Shown piece by piece: positions 19,866-29,975 of a DNA stretch of 64,000 nucleotides. Source of the stretch: an uncultured bacterium (GTDB lineage: Bacteria > Patescibacteriota > Minisyncoccia > Phycocordibacterales > UBA9973); NCBI GenBank assembly GCA_903894565.1, contig CAITQP010000006.1, positions 32,033 through 96,032 of the forward strand, given 5' to 3'. The notes below the pieces were generated by a model. It worked only from the letters and a program-made list of their open reading frames with translations, was not told the origin of the DNA and did not search any database. The position numbers were made by a program, and so were the translations under genes. Positions within the stretch are counted from its first letter, which is position 1. Each line of letters starts with the position of its first letter.

Positions 19866-20537
19866 TTATTTCACGCTAAACGGATTGAAGTTTGTGCCGA
19901 CGTCGTAGTAGTCTTCGCTCTCGTGCTTTTTCAAAAAGCCGATGACCTTGTAGGTAAGTGGAGTAAAGAGTACTTCGACTGCTGTTTTGAAAATATAATT
20001 TGAAACAATGAGTGTGATGATGATTGATGTTGGAAAAACTCCCCAGAAAGCGATGACAATGAAAAGCATACTATCGAGCAACTCTCCAACGATGGTGGAG
20101 CCAATCGTGCGGGCCCAAAGCATTTTGCCCTTGGTCCAAATTTTCATTTTGGCGAGAATGTATGAGTTCGAAAATTCTCCAGCAAAGTAGGCGATGAGAC
20201 TTGCGATGACGATGCGTGGCGTGAGTCCGAGAATCGCGTCATATGCTGCTTGGTTGTCCCAGCCAGCCGCTGGTGGAAGTTTGCCAACGACGATGAAGAT
20301 AACTGACATGAGCAGGGTCATAGCGAATCCAAGCCAAATCGTCTGACGTGAACGCTTGTATCCGTATACTTCGGTAAGCACGTCTCCGAAGATATAGCTG
20401 AGGGGGAAGAGGAGTGTTCCACCATCAAAAGTAAACCATTTGAGATCGACAATTTTTGAAGATGCTACGTCCGAAATAAGAAGAATAGAAACAAAAAACA
20501 CACTAATTGCCCCGAGGTATTTGTAATTTTTTTGCAT
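19866..20537 (-). CDS. YhhQ/VUT-family (DUF165) queuosine-precursor transporter-like membrane protein
   Basis: FDGGTLLFPLSYIFGDVLTEVYGY motif and about 6 TM helices. Confidence 0.6.
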   Translation of the reverse strand: MQKNYKYLGAISVFFVSILLISDVASSKIVDLKWFTFDGGTLLFPLSYIFGDVLTEVYGYKRSRQTIWLGFAMTLLMSVIFIVVGKLPPAAGWDNQAAYDAILGLTPRIVIASLIAYFAGEFSNSYILAKMKIWTKGKMLWARTIGSTIVGELLDSMLFIVIAFWGVFPTSIIITLIVSNYIFKTAVEVLFTPLTYKVIGFLKKHESEDYYDVGTNFNPFSVK

Positions 20538-20590
20538 AGTAGCGACATGATAGCATATCCGAGAGATATAAATTATGGTACGCTTTAGGC

Positions 20591-21925
20591 ATGAAATTGC
20601 GAAAGTATTGGGATGTTTTGGTGATTACTGTGCTTGGTGTATTCATTCACATTCTTCCATTTTTTTTCTATGGTCGCGACTCGCTTGGATATGATGGAGG
20701 TTTCTACCGTCGCTATATTATCGAGCACACAAATTTTCTCCACAGCGTTCCTGGGCTCGGAAGTGAAGCCATTGTTCCTAAAATCACTTTTGATATTTTG
20801 AACTTTTTACACTTGCCGACGAATGTCATTTTGTATGGAAGTTTCATTGCCCTCTACTCGCTCACAGGAATCATGCTCTTTGTTGTGCTTTCAAAATATG
20901 CGAGTAGACAGGTAGCCTTGTTCGCGCTTGTTTTTTGGGTGCTCTCTCCTGTGCAGTATTTTGGATATTGGTGTGTGCTCTACAAAAATATTTACGGTAT
21001 TATGCTTCTTCTCATTGTCGCACTTCTTATTGAGAAGCGTTCTGCGTGGATGTATCTTGGTGCCGGTCTCATCGCGTGTACTCACCAAACGACGAGCGTT
21101 GTGTTTCTTATGTCACTTGCTGTGTTTGCCGTGATAAACAAAAAATACAGACGAGAAGCAGTGTTTATGTTTTGTATCGCTTCCTCAATACTCGTTGCGT
21201 TTCGCGCACAGAGTATCGGGGCAGATCTCGTGACGTTGCCACAAGCGAGTTTCTTGTCGTGGCATCAGTATCTAATACTCTCCGCACCTATTCTCGGGCT
21301 TTCCGCCATTGGTATCTACCCGTTTTTAAAAGCGATGCGTTTTAATTTTTTGTCCGCATTCTCTCTTGTTGCAATCATCTATCCGATATCACACTTGCCG
21401 TTCTATCAAAGAATATTTTTATTTTCCGATCTTGCACTCATTTTGATGGCATCATATGGGGCGACTCTGCTTGTGGGGGAGGATCTCGCAAAACGACTTG
21501 CTCCAGACAAGAATCTCGGCAAGATTTTTCTTGCGAGTTTTTTGATCGGGATGAGTCTTATGTTGACGTACAAAGTCTCAACACTTCGCGCGATGGTAAG
21601 TGTTGGCCAGCTTGTTGAACTTGAAAAGATTGATTTGGTCATGCCAAAGGGGAGCTACATCCTCACGACGTCACAACTCACTCCATGGGTTGAAGGATTC
21701 AGTCACATGCACGTGATTGCCCCAACACTGCTTTACGATCATCATACGAAAGCTGAATGGACAGAGTACTGGAATGCGACTCGGCTCACAGAACGCACGA
21801 GCTTTTTGGATAGTTTCCCTAAACCGCTGTATGCTTTCCTCCCTCATAATCAGCAAGATATTTTTATGCCCAAAGAATGTACACTAAAACTCACCACATA
21901 TATCTCAGTGTATACATGTCAGTAA
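20591..21925 (+). CDS. Polytopic integral membrane protein (hypothetical; possibly a glycosyltransferase-like membrane enzyme)
   Basis: More than 10 hydrophobic helices; no assignable motif. Confidence 0.45.
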   Translation: MKLRKYWDVLVITVLGVFIHILPFFFYGRDSLGYDGGFYRRYIIEHTNFLHSVPGLGSEAIVPKITFDILNFLHLPTNVILYGSFIALYSLTGIMLFVVLSKYASRQVALFALVFWVLSPVQYFGYWCVLYKNIYGIMLLLIVALLIEKRSAWMYLGAGLIACTHQTTSVVFLMSLAVFAVINKKYRREAVFMFCIASSILVAFRAQSIGADLVTLPQASFLSWHQYLILSAPILGLSAIGIYPFLKAMRFNFLSAFSLVAIIYPISHLPFYQRIFLFSDLALILMASYGATLLVGEDLAKRLAPDKNLGKIFLASFLIGMSLMLTYKVSTLRAMVSVGQLVELEKIDLVMPKGSYILTTSQLTPWVEGFSHMHVIAPTLLYDHHTKAEWTEYWNATRLTERTSFLDSFPKPLYAFLPHNQQDIFMPKECTLKLTTYISVYTCQ

Positions 21926-22161
21926 TTTTTACTGGATGCGAAGGGGACAATTGTCTATTACAAAGGTCTGTGTGATAATCTAAGGTATTATCACGCGTAT
22001 ATTCAAGCTCTCGGTATTGTTGGACCATTAACACGAAACGCCATGGCTAAGGTGCTCGGATCAATTCAATAAGAAGGCATTTCTGATGTAATTCAAAAGC
22101 ACCCTGTTGGGTGCTTTTGAATTGAGGGGAGGGGTAGCAAGGAGTAAATTTCTTGGGTCAA

Positions 22162-23031
22162 CTATCGTTGACCACTGCGATGTCGTAAGGTAAGTTTCTC
22201 AACCGACTCTAAAACAATCTTTTGAACATTTTTGTCGAAGATAATTTTGTGGTGTCCTTTTACGGGAACTTCGATGTTTTCAGCACCTTCGAGGAAACTC
22301 CCTTTTTCTGCCCAGACGTGGTTGTCGTATTTAGGGCGTATTGAAATGATTTTATGATTTATATCCTGATGTTTTTCTAGATCACGAATTATTTTGCTGT
22401 CATTATCCAACTCCTTGAGCGTGTCGAAAGGTAAAAGTTTCGCCATCGCCGAGCCGGAGAATGGTGTCGCAATGGCAACCATGCCCAGTACCTCGTTATC
22501 TTTGTTGTAATGGGCGAGAAAATATTTTCCAATAAGACCACCTTTGCTATGAGCGACAAATACGACACCTTTTAGACTATTCGCTTCAATAAACCTTTTG
22601 ATAACCTCAGTTCCTTTTTCGAGTCTTGGCACAATGTGTCCTCTTTTAGAAAAAATGTGTTTCAGGGAAGCACGAATAATTCTTGCTGAAGATGGAATAC
22701 TGAATACGTTATATCCAAGCTCTGGAACAACATATACAGGATGTCCATGGAGCGATATTTTGTCTCCAAGCGATTTCATGAAGCTCCATTTACCTAAGAT
22801 TCCCGGTATTAAAATAACAGGAACTCTCCCTTCCGCTGTGTAGTTAAGGTAGTGTTCGGGAGGCTTTCGGTATATCAAACCTTCGACTGCTCCGCGAAAC
22901 ATGTATTTGTAATCCGAGAGCCAGGCGGATACTTTTTTGTGGAAAATCATACGGTTAGCATTATACAAAAAGCCCTCACTATAAGGAAGAATGAGAGGTG
23001 CTGACGAAGAACCATTTTGTCTTCGATTCAC
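22162..23031 (-). CDS. Alpha/beta-hydrolase fold protein (esterase/lipase-like)
   Basis: Nucleophile elbow VFVAHSKGG (GxSxG-like). Confidence 0.6.
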   Translation of the reverse strand: MNRRQNGSSSAPLILPYSEGFLYNANRMIFHKKVSAWLSDYKYMFRGAVEGLIYRKPPEHYLNYTAEGRVPVILIPGILGKWSFMKSLGDKISLHGHPVYVVPELGYNVFSIPSSARIIRASLKHIFSKRGHIVPRLEKGTEVIKRFIEANSLKGVVFVAHSKGGLIGKYFLAHYNKDNEVLGMVAIATPFSGSAMAKLLPFDTLKELDNDSKIIRDLEKHQDINHKIISIRPKYDNHVWAEKGSFLEGAENIEVPVKGHHKIIFDKNVQKIVLESVEKLTLRHRSGQR

Positions 23032-23042
23032 TCGGATCAGAG

Positions 23043-24065
23043 CTATCTTTTCTCCAGACTTTTCAGTACCTGTAAGTATAGATTTTCAACTATTTTTTCC
23101 TGGGGTATTCCCAGTTTCACATAGTGGTCAAGACCTGGGGCTGCGTTGATTTCGAGAACCCAGTACTTGTTAGGTTCTTGAGAAATATCTCCATCGATCA
23201 TTACATCTACTCCACACAAACGGAGATTCATATCATTTGTTAAGCGGACTGCTATCTTTTTGAAATCAGGGTGGATCTCTTTCGTAACATCAACAGAATC
23301 TCCACCCGTCGAAAGATTTGCGTTATCCAAAAGATATACTCGCTCACCATCAGGAGGGATAGATCGTACTGTTTTGCCTTGGTGCGCGAGCTTTATTTTG
23401 ATCCGAGGATCAGTCATTTTTATTTGCGTATCGCGTTTTTCAGTAATAAACTTTTTCTGTTTTTCTTTCAGGAGTTTTTCGATTGTTGACTTTCCGTTAC
23501 CCGTCACGCTCAAGGGGATTCTTTCATATGCTGAAATTACTTGATCGTCCAACACGACGATTCTGTAATCCTTTCCTTGAAGGGCTTTCTGTACGAGAGC
23601 AACGCGATCTCTTTTGAATATTGAACGCAACGCTTGGTACAGCTCCTTCTTATTGCGAACAAGAGAAACTCCGGAACCCTGACTCCCGCTGTTTGGTTTT
23701 ACGATCACAGGGAAGCCGATTTTCTGTGCGAAAATATATGCGGCGTCAGTATTCTTGTGTTTACTGCCGATTGCCTCTGCCCACTCTTTTGAAAAGAATG
23801 TTTTGCTATTGGGCACAACGGGGTACCCTAATCGTTTCATAAATATACTCGCGTAGTCTTTGTCTTTGGCAATATCTGATGCTCCAACGGGGTTGAGATC
23901 GAGCGTGTTGTAACGAAAATATGATTTCCTTCCGTTCTTAAAGGTGATTTGTCCTGCGATATTCCACTCAGGCTCAAGAAAAACCGTTGCGCCGATTTTT
24001 GGAGCGATTTTTTTTAGCATTTTACCGAGAATGAGGGACTCTTTCTTATTTTTCATAGAGAACAA
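23043..24065 (-). CDS. ATP-grasp family ligase (RimK / cyanophycin-synthetase-like)
   Basis: ATP-grasp features FPVIVKPNSGSQGSGV and a C-terminal Mg-binding VLEINAAPGL. Confidence 0.6.
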   Translation of the reverse strand: MFSMKNKKESLILGKMLKKIAPKIGATVFLEPEWNIAGQITFKNGRKSYFRYNTLDLNPVGASDIAKDKDYASIFMKRLGYPVVPNSKTFFSKEWAEAIGSKHKNTDAAYIFAQKIGFPVIVKPNSGSQGSGVSLVRNKKELYQALRSIFKRDRVALVQKALQGKDYRIVVLDDQVISAYERIPLSVTGNGKSTIEKLLKEKQKKFITEKRDTQIKMTDPRIKIKLAHQGKTVRSIPPDGERVYLLDNANLSTGGDSVDVTKEIHPDFKKIAVRLTNDMNLRLCGVDVMIDGDISQEPNKYWVLEINAAPGLDHYVKLGIPQEKIVENLYLQVLKSLEKR

Positions 24066-24429
24066 ATACTCGAATCATAGGATAGTCCTAATTATTTTTG
24101 CGGAGAGCGTCGTGTTAGAACCAAACGGTTCCTTACCCTGTAAGGCTTTGGGGACTACTTTCAGTATATCATTTTGACGCGTCTCGTGCGGACTAAAAAG
24201 TGACAAAAGTGACACTGCATAACTAGGAAAATGAGACAAAATGGGACACAAATCTGGCATTCTGGGACTGTCCCATTTTATATTAAACAACGATTCTTAA
24301 CTTTGTAAATACTCTCGGGTCATCACGGGTTATGTTCGTTATTTTTGACTAAATTGAATATACGTTGTAATGTATTGGCGGATAGTTTTTTGAAAAATTA
24401 TATTTAGTGACCACAGCAGGTAGAGCCTT

Positions 24430-24768
24430 TTGTGGTCACTAAATATGACAAATATGGAATTTCATCCTTTAATAACGCACATTGTTTGCGAATCACTTCC
24501 TAACGTAGCTGGGATAAAAAAACAGGCATCTCCGATCTGTTCTTCAACAGAAGATATCGCTCAAAATCATTACTTTTTAGGATATGCGGGTTCACGAAGA
24601 TTGCATTCAGACGATCTAAACAGTTCCGAGATTTATGCTTTGAAGGAACCTCTGGCTGTCACGAGATTGGCTTCGGTATGGATAGACAGCGATCGTAATG
24701 TATATTTGGAAGAACCAAATGTCTCAAACGACCAATGGAAACCAGTAACTAATTTTGGTATAAAGTAA
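24430..24768 (+). CDS. Hypothetical protein
   Basis: ORF only. Confidence 0.3.
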   Translation: MWSLNMTNMEFHPLITHIVCESLPNVAGIKKQASPICSSTEDIAQNHYFLGYAGSRRLHSDDLNSSEIYALKEPLAVTRLASVWIDSDRNVYLEEPNVSNDQWKPVTNFGIK

Positions 24769-24816
24769 AAATTCACTAAAAAAATCCTTCGAGTAAAGTA
24801 GGAGGTACACAGACAA

Positions 24817-25140
24817 ATGAGAAGCATCTTGTTTATTATTATCGGACTTAGTGTTTCGTCCGCAATGTTTTCTGGTGTAGTTAGCCATGCGCTGGCTACC
24901 GATAACCAAAAGAGTAATTTCAGAAAAATTAATTCTGCTTATTACTCCTTCGTAAAAGCACGTGAGCACTATTATAATCACGAATCTCCATTGGACAGAA
25001 GTGCCAGCAAATTATTCTTGGCAAAGATGAATACTTCTGGAGAAGAATGCTTAAAAGAAATTCAAAGCGGATACGAAAGCGATGAGGCTTTCGAAATCGA
25101 ACAGGACATAAAAAACACAATGTCTTGGTCAACAATGTAG
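24817..25140 (+). CDS. Small secreted hypothetical protein
   Basis: Signal peptide MRSILFIIIGLSVSSAMFSG. Confidence 0.35.
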   Translation: MRSILFIIIGLSVSSAMFSGVVSHALATDNQKSNFRKINSAYYSFVKAREHYYNHESPLDRSASKLFLAKMNTSGEECLKEIQSGYESDEAFEIEQDIKNTMSWSTM

Positions 25141-25256
25141 TGTTGTGTTTAAAAAATTACTGAATCGGCGGATACAATATATCTGCCTTTTCTTTTACCT
25201 AAATTGTACAAAATGGTTATGTTTGTATCCAGATACACGAGAGTTGTACACACCCC

Positions 25257-26087
25257 TTGCGCGAGTCGCATACTAAGTATGGATTTTTAAAACAGGTTCT
25301 GTCTATCTCCGACATTGAATCAAAATTTTCCGTGTACCACACCGCTTGTATGCAAGGAAAAATCGCTGGCGGAATCATTGCTGAGGGATTCTCGTTTAAC
25401 ATTCTTCAATTCGTTGAAAACGCTATTACCTATCTTGAAAAGTCGGGAGTCCATTTTTTTTGGAATTCTGGTATTCAAAAAATAGAAATCAATAACGGAG
25501 TTGTTGAGGGCTTGGTAAATTCAAATGGAGAACTTCTTGTTGCTGACCACTATTCAATAAACCCCGGAGCATACGGCAATAGCATGCTCGACAATACCCC
25601 AGCAAAGGGCAAAATCGGTGGTGTCGCTGGAAGATGGATTATCATGCCCAGACCTAATGGATACGATATGCCCACTAAAATTCACGGCGGACAACGAGAG
25701 GGATTCCCTGTAACAGACAACAATCTGACACCGTTTATTCAAAACGGAAAACCCATGTGGGCTGTTGGTGGAGGGTATGTGTATGTTGGAAATAATAGTC
25801 AAAATTATCCCGACCAAGATTCATACGGAATCGTCGATTCAGAAAACGAAAGAACAATCAGGATTTTCACGGCTGATTTTTATGAATCAGCAAAAAAGAA
25901 TAATGGAATTATCGTTTGGCAAAAACCGTGTGTACGATCATTTAGCTACAACGATGCTCCTATTCATGAAATTTTACCGACTTCTCGCGGAGGTAAAATG
26001 ACAATTACGGCGGCTAGTAACACAGGAACTACAACTATTGCTCCTTATTTAGCTAAATGGACGGCGGACATTTTCAATCAAAGCTAA
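25257..26087 (+). CDS. Hypothetical protein
   Basis: ORF only. Confidence 0.3.
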   Translation: MRESHTKYGFLKQVLSISDIESKFSVYHTACMQGKIAGGIIAEGFSFNILQFVENAITYLEKSGVHFFWNSGIQKIEINNGVVEGLVNSNGELLVADHYSINPGAYGNSMLDNTPAKGKIGGVAGRWIIMPRPNGYDMPTKIHGGQREGFPVTDNNLTPFIQNGKPMWAVGGGYVYVGNNSQNYPDQDSYGIVDSENERTIRIFTADFYESAKKNNGIIVWQKPCVRSFSYNDAPIHEILPTSRGGKMTITAASNTGTTTIAPYLAKWTADIFNQS

Positions 26088-26226
26088 GCACAAGTACTAT
26101 CATATAGCCCGAGGAATTTTCCTTGGGCTATTTTATTTACAAAAATTACCAACACCCTGTTGCTGGGTTGGGTATCAAAAGTTTGAATGCAGAACGAAAC
26201 ATACACAGACAAGTCAGTGTATAAAA

Positions 26227-27471
26227 TTAATCTTTTTTGGAATTTGAAACTATGAATCGCGCTCGTTCGAGCAGTTCGTCAAAGGTAATCACCTCTGGTG
26301 ATGTCATGTTTTTACGGAGCAATTCAAAAGAAGAAAATTTCTCCTTGTTAATTCCATGCTCGGTAATGAACTCTGATAGGCAACCAACTATCAGATATGA
26401 TTTCGGTTGATAGGAGTACACTATCTCACCGTTCGGGTTGCCGGCATCATCCTGACCGTGAAGTTCTGTGCTCAAGTTCTCAACTGTCTTTTGTGCTGTC
26501 TTCTGTGCCTGTGCAATTCCTCCATTGAACTCATCCGATGCTTGCCAGCAATCCGCTCTATAGGCTTCTTTGACGAGTTTAATAAGGGGTGTCTTATGGG
26601 TCTTGAGTTCCACGAGGCATAGCGAATTAACCGCTCCTGTCGTTTTGAGCACGGCATCCGATCGTTTTCCAGACCGTGAAAGATCCGATCCTTGCACAAC
26701 CTGTTCAAGCTTCTTGCCCTCGAGGGGCTGGTTGAAAATGAAGTTGAGGCCATAGCCGAAAATCCATGGATTCGCCTCAAAGAAGTGTTGCCACACTGGT
26801 TCGATGCCGGCCTTCTTGATGTCGTGCTCCTTGCGATACACCTCAATGAGAGCGTCATCAGTCATGAGCTTCTCAAACACCTCGAGCTGTGCCTTTCGGT
26901 ACCCGATGTTCACGATGTCCATGGTTGTAATGTTTCCGCTCCCTATTGCTTCAACCATAAGTGCTTGACCCTCTGCTGTGGACATGACGTTGTTGAACTG
27001 CTTCACCGTCTCAGGGTCTAAACTGGGACTGTTGCCGAGTGGAATTCTGCGTTCGTTGATATCATTGAGATTAAGTTTATCCAACGACTGGAGAAAGCCG
27101 ATGAGTTCCTTAAAAAAGCGAAATGAGAATACAATCTGTTCATCTTGTTCAGCCCACCCCTTCTTGTAGTACTTGAATCGCTTGAATGAAATATCCTTAA
27201 TGTAACCATCACCTGCTTTCAGGAATGTGAGAGTGGTTTTGATTTTGTTTCGTATTGGCCATGGGTGTTCTGCTTCTACAGAATTTGGAACGTCGGTGTC
27301 GTCAGAAGACACAACAGTAAAATATTTACCGTCGCCTCTGCCAAAAGGATTAGTATAGAGATTATCTACACGATAGTTGTTGACTATCTCCGCCTCGCCT
27401 GGCTCAGTCAAGGTAGCAGGCATGTCTTCCGTTTCTGAAAAATCTATAAATATTGGTTCGTCGTCGTTCAC
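26227..27471 (-). CDS. PD-(D/E)xK nuclease-fold protein, possibly Shedu (DUF4263)-like defence protein
   Basis: C-terminal motif ...KRSDAVL...LCLVELKTHK (D...ExK); sits beside the recombinase in the island. Confidence 0.4.
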   Translation of the reverse strand: MNDDEPIFIDFSETEDMPATLTEPGEAEIVNNYRVDNLYTNPFGRGDGKYFTVVSSDDTDVPNSVEAEHPWPIRNKIKTTLTFLKAGDGYIKDISFKRFKYYKKGWAEQDEQIVFSFRFFKELIGFLQSLDKLNLNDINERRIPLGNSPSLDPETVKQFNNVMSTAEGQALMVEAIGSGNITTMDIVNIGYRKAQLEVFEKLMTDDALIEVYRKEHDIKKAGIEPVWQHFFEANPWIFGYGLNFIFNQPLEGKKLEQVVQGSDLSRSGKRSDAVLKTTGAVNSLCLVELKTHKTPLIKLVKEAYRADCWQASDEFNGGIAQAQKTAQKTVENLSTELHGQDDAGNPNGEIVYSYQPKSYLIVGCLSEFITEHGINKEKFSSFELLRKNMTSPEVITFDELLERARFIVSNSKKD

Positions 27472-27594
27472 ACCCGAAGCATATCACTCATACTGACCAT
27501 TCTCAAATTTGCACCTAATTGTGTTCTGAAAGTTACCAACAAATAGGAATTTCAGGGTCTATACTTTCCAGCCGTTCTGCGTCATCCATTAGAT

Positions 27595-27945
27595 GTGGAC
27601 GACATCGACGAGGTCATAAAAAGAGCCGATCATTACCGTTTTGACGATGCGCCCCGCGCGACGGTTCTGAACGCTATTTCGTCGCTGTCGTCGTCCAAGA
27701 AGAATCTCAAACGGTCTATAAAAGAAAGAATCCGATTGCTCGCAGGAGCATATGTTTCGCTAGCGACTTTCGTATCCGATGAAGACTTTGAATATGTGAA
27801 CGGCTTGCACGGTGAACCAGATCAAGAAAAAGTAAAGGAGGTTTTCGGAAAAGTATTAGTTGAAATGGACAAGCTCCGTAAGGACATTGAGGGCTTCGCT
27901 CTTACCGAGACAATAGAAACGTCGCCGACTGCTGAACGCTCTTAG
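27595..27945 (+). CDS. Hypothetical protein
   Basis: ORF only; immediately upstream of the recombinase. Confidence 0.3.
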   Translation: MDDIDEVIKRADHYRFDDAPRATVLNAISSLSSSKKNLKRSIKERIRLLAGAYVSLATFVSDEDFEYVNGLHGEPDQEKVKEVFGKVLVEMDKLRKDIEGFALTETIETSPTAERS

Positions 27946-27976
27946 CAGACCTAGTGTTCTCTGTCATTAATTATAT

Positions 27977-29296
27977 ATGGAGACATATACCACAGCTCGT
28001 ATTGGAAAAGAGATCATCGCACCAGTTCAAAAAATTAAGTACGTTCTGTATGCTCGTAAATCGACTGAATCAGAAGAACGGCAGGTTCTGTCGATTGATT
28101 CGCAGATCAAGGAAATGCTAGATCTCGCTGAACGAGAGAAACTTGAAATTGTCGAGATCAGGCGAGAATCGCACTCGGCAAAAGAATCGGGTCAGCGACC
28201 TGTATATAAAGAAATTTTGGAGGACGTACGGCGAGGACGGTTTAATGGAATTCTGACATGGGCACCTGATAGATTAAGTAGAAACGCTGGCGACCTCGGA
28301 AGCATTGTCGATTTAATGGATCAGCAACTACTCATGGAAATCCGTACGTACGGACAGCAGTTCAAAAATTCACCAAATGAAAAGTTTCTTCTAATGATTC
28401 TTTGTTCTCAAGCAAAACTGGAGAACGACAACAAAAGTGTAAATGTAAAACGAGGACTGCGAACGAGAGTTGAGATGGGATTATGGCCTGGACCCGCCCC
28501 GACTGGCTATATGAAAGAAAAACGAATGGATAGAAAGTGCGAAACACTTCTTGACCCAGAACGAGCTCCCATCATTAAGAAGATGTTTGAAAAAGTCGCA
28601 TACGAACATTGGAGCGGACGAAAGATATATAACTGGCTCAAGTTTGATCTTAATATGAGAACCGCCGCAGGAAAGAAGCATTTAAGCTTAGGAAATATCT
28701 ACAAGATTTTGGACAATACTTTCTACTATGGCGTTTTTGAATATCCGAGAAAATCAGGCAACTGGTACACGGGAAAGCATGAAGCGATAGTCACCAAGGA
28801 ATTATTTGACCTTGTTCAAGCACAAATAAAAAGCAATGTGCTGAGAGTAGAAAACAAAGAATTCGCATTTACTAAAATGATGACCTGCGGATTATGCGGT
28901 TCGGGTATATCGGCAGACGAGAAATTCAAGAAGCTCAAGAATGGCGGTGTCGCTCGGTACGTCTACTACGGCTGTACTAAGGCGAGAGGAGTTGAGTGCA
29001 AATGCGGATACACCGAGGAAAAAGAAATTTTGAAACAATTTAATGAACTGATAGAAAAAATCAATTTGAACGAGATAGAAGTTAAAGAAAAAATAAAGGC
29101 TGATGTGGAGAAATTCACTAAGCTACAGAAATTCCTTTTGGGAACGAAAGAAAAAGTCAGCACCAACAGCGTTGATGTTCGAGGATATGCAAAATTTGTC
29201 CTGAAAGAAGGAAGCGATATTGAGAAGCGAGAATTGCTTGGTTGTTTGAAGAGTAGAATCTGTTTAGCGAATAAGAAAATCACCTTGAAACAATAA
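27977..29296 (+). CDS. Large serine recombinase (resolvase catalytic domain + recombinase domain + zinc ribbon)
   Basis: YARKSTESEERQVLSIDSQ (catalytic Ser), GILTWAPDRLSRN, and C-terminal CGLCGS...YYGC...C.C; paralogue of 40135–41454. Confidence 0.85.
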   Translation: METYTTARIGKEIIAPVQKIKYVLYARKSTESEERQVLSIDSQIKEMLDLAEREKLEIVEIRRESHSAKESGQRPVYKEILEDVRRGRFNGILTWAPDRLSRNAGDLGSIVDLMDQQLLMEIRTYGQQFKNSPNEKFLLMILCSQAKLENDNKSVNVKRGLRTRVEMGLWPGPAPTGYMKEKRMDRKCETLLDPERAPIIKKMFEKVAYEHWSGRKIYNWLKFDLNMRTAAGKKHLSLGNIYKILDNTFYYGVFEYPRKSGNWYTGKHEAIVTKELFDLVQAQIKSNVLRVENKEFAFTKMMTCGLCGSGISADEKFKKLKNGGVARYVYYGCTKARGVECKCGYTEEKEILKQFNELIEKINLNEIEVKEKIKADVEKFTKLQKFLLGTKEKVSTNSVDVRGYAKFVLKEGSDIEKRELLGCLKSRICLANKKITLKQ

Positions 29297-29300
29297 CGAC

Positions 29301-29975
29301 TTATTTTAATTCAGGTATCATAGTCATGATGTCGTTTGTGGTGCTGTCAGACTTTTTTATCACAGTACTTCTTTCCATATCCACAAAATTCCTTTGACCG
29401 CCAGTCTTGCAGAATGCTCCCCAGTCACATTTATACTTGAAGCAATCGGGAAATATTCCAATGAAACTAAAGTTCGTATTGTTTTCTTCGTTTACTATTA
29501 AATACACGGCACCTGAGTTCGGATTCATCTTTTTTATGTAATCTGAAACCAAAACGTGATCAAAATGCTCTTGTCTTCTGACAAAGCCAACCACCATATT
29601 CCCCGCATAATCTTTATCTTGAAGTTTTCTTTTAATTGATTCTTCTATCTTCTCGCCCTTATCAAACTCGCTGATCTCAAATATCTCAACTGGTTGCTCT
29701 GATAGGCTGTTTCCTTTGCCGTCAGCGCGGGGTATCAAACGCATCGCCAAAACATCAGGCGGATCTTTTTCAGGTATTTGAATCCACCATTCAGCAGGCT
29801 CTGCTTTTGCTCGGCAAATCAAAGCAACCGCACAAACCCATGCTTCCTTGTTTTTATCTATTTTCTTTTGATTTCCCGATTGTACAGTTCTCGCAATTTC
29901 ACTGATTACGTAATTGGGAGAAAACCAGATATTTTTACTATAGGGTCGAATTGCCATAATTTTATTATAAGACAC
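29301..29975 (-). CDS. Hypothetical protein (island 1 cargo, gene 2 of a two-gene operon)
   Basis: Overlaps the upstream gene by 11 nt; weak PD...E-like motif (KDPPDVLAM...EIFEISEFDK); no firm assignment. Confidence 0.4.
   Translation of the reverse strand: MSYNKIMAIRPYSKNIWFSPNYVISEIARTVQSGNQKKIDKNKEAWVCAVALICRAKAEPAEWWIQIPEKDPPDVLAMRLIPRADGKGNSLSEQPVEIFEISEFDKGEKIEESIKRKLQDKDYAGNMVVGFVRRQEHFDHVLVSDYIKKMNPNSGAVYLIVNEENNTNFSFIGIFPDCFKYKCDWGAFCKTGGQRNFVDMERSTVIKKSDSTTNDIMTMIPELK

Noticed and set aside
25257-26087. Interpretation as a truncated FAD-dependent (DAO-like) oxidoreductase fragment
   Set aside because: Only a vague C-terminal resemblance, and no Rossmann GxGxxG region is available upstream. 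Kept as hypothetical rather than called a pseudogene.
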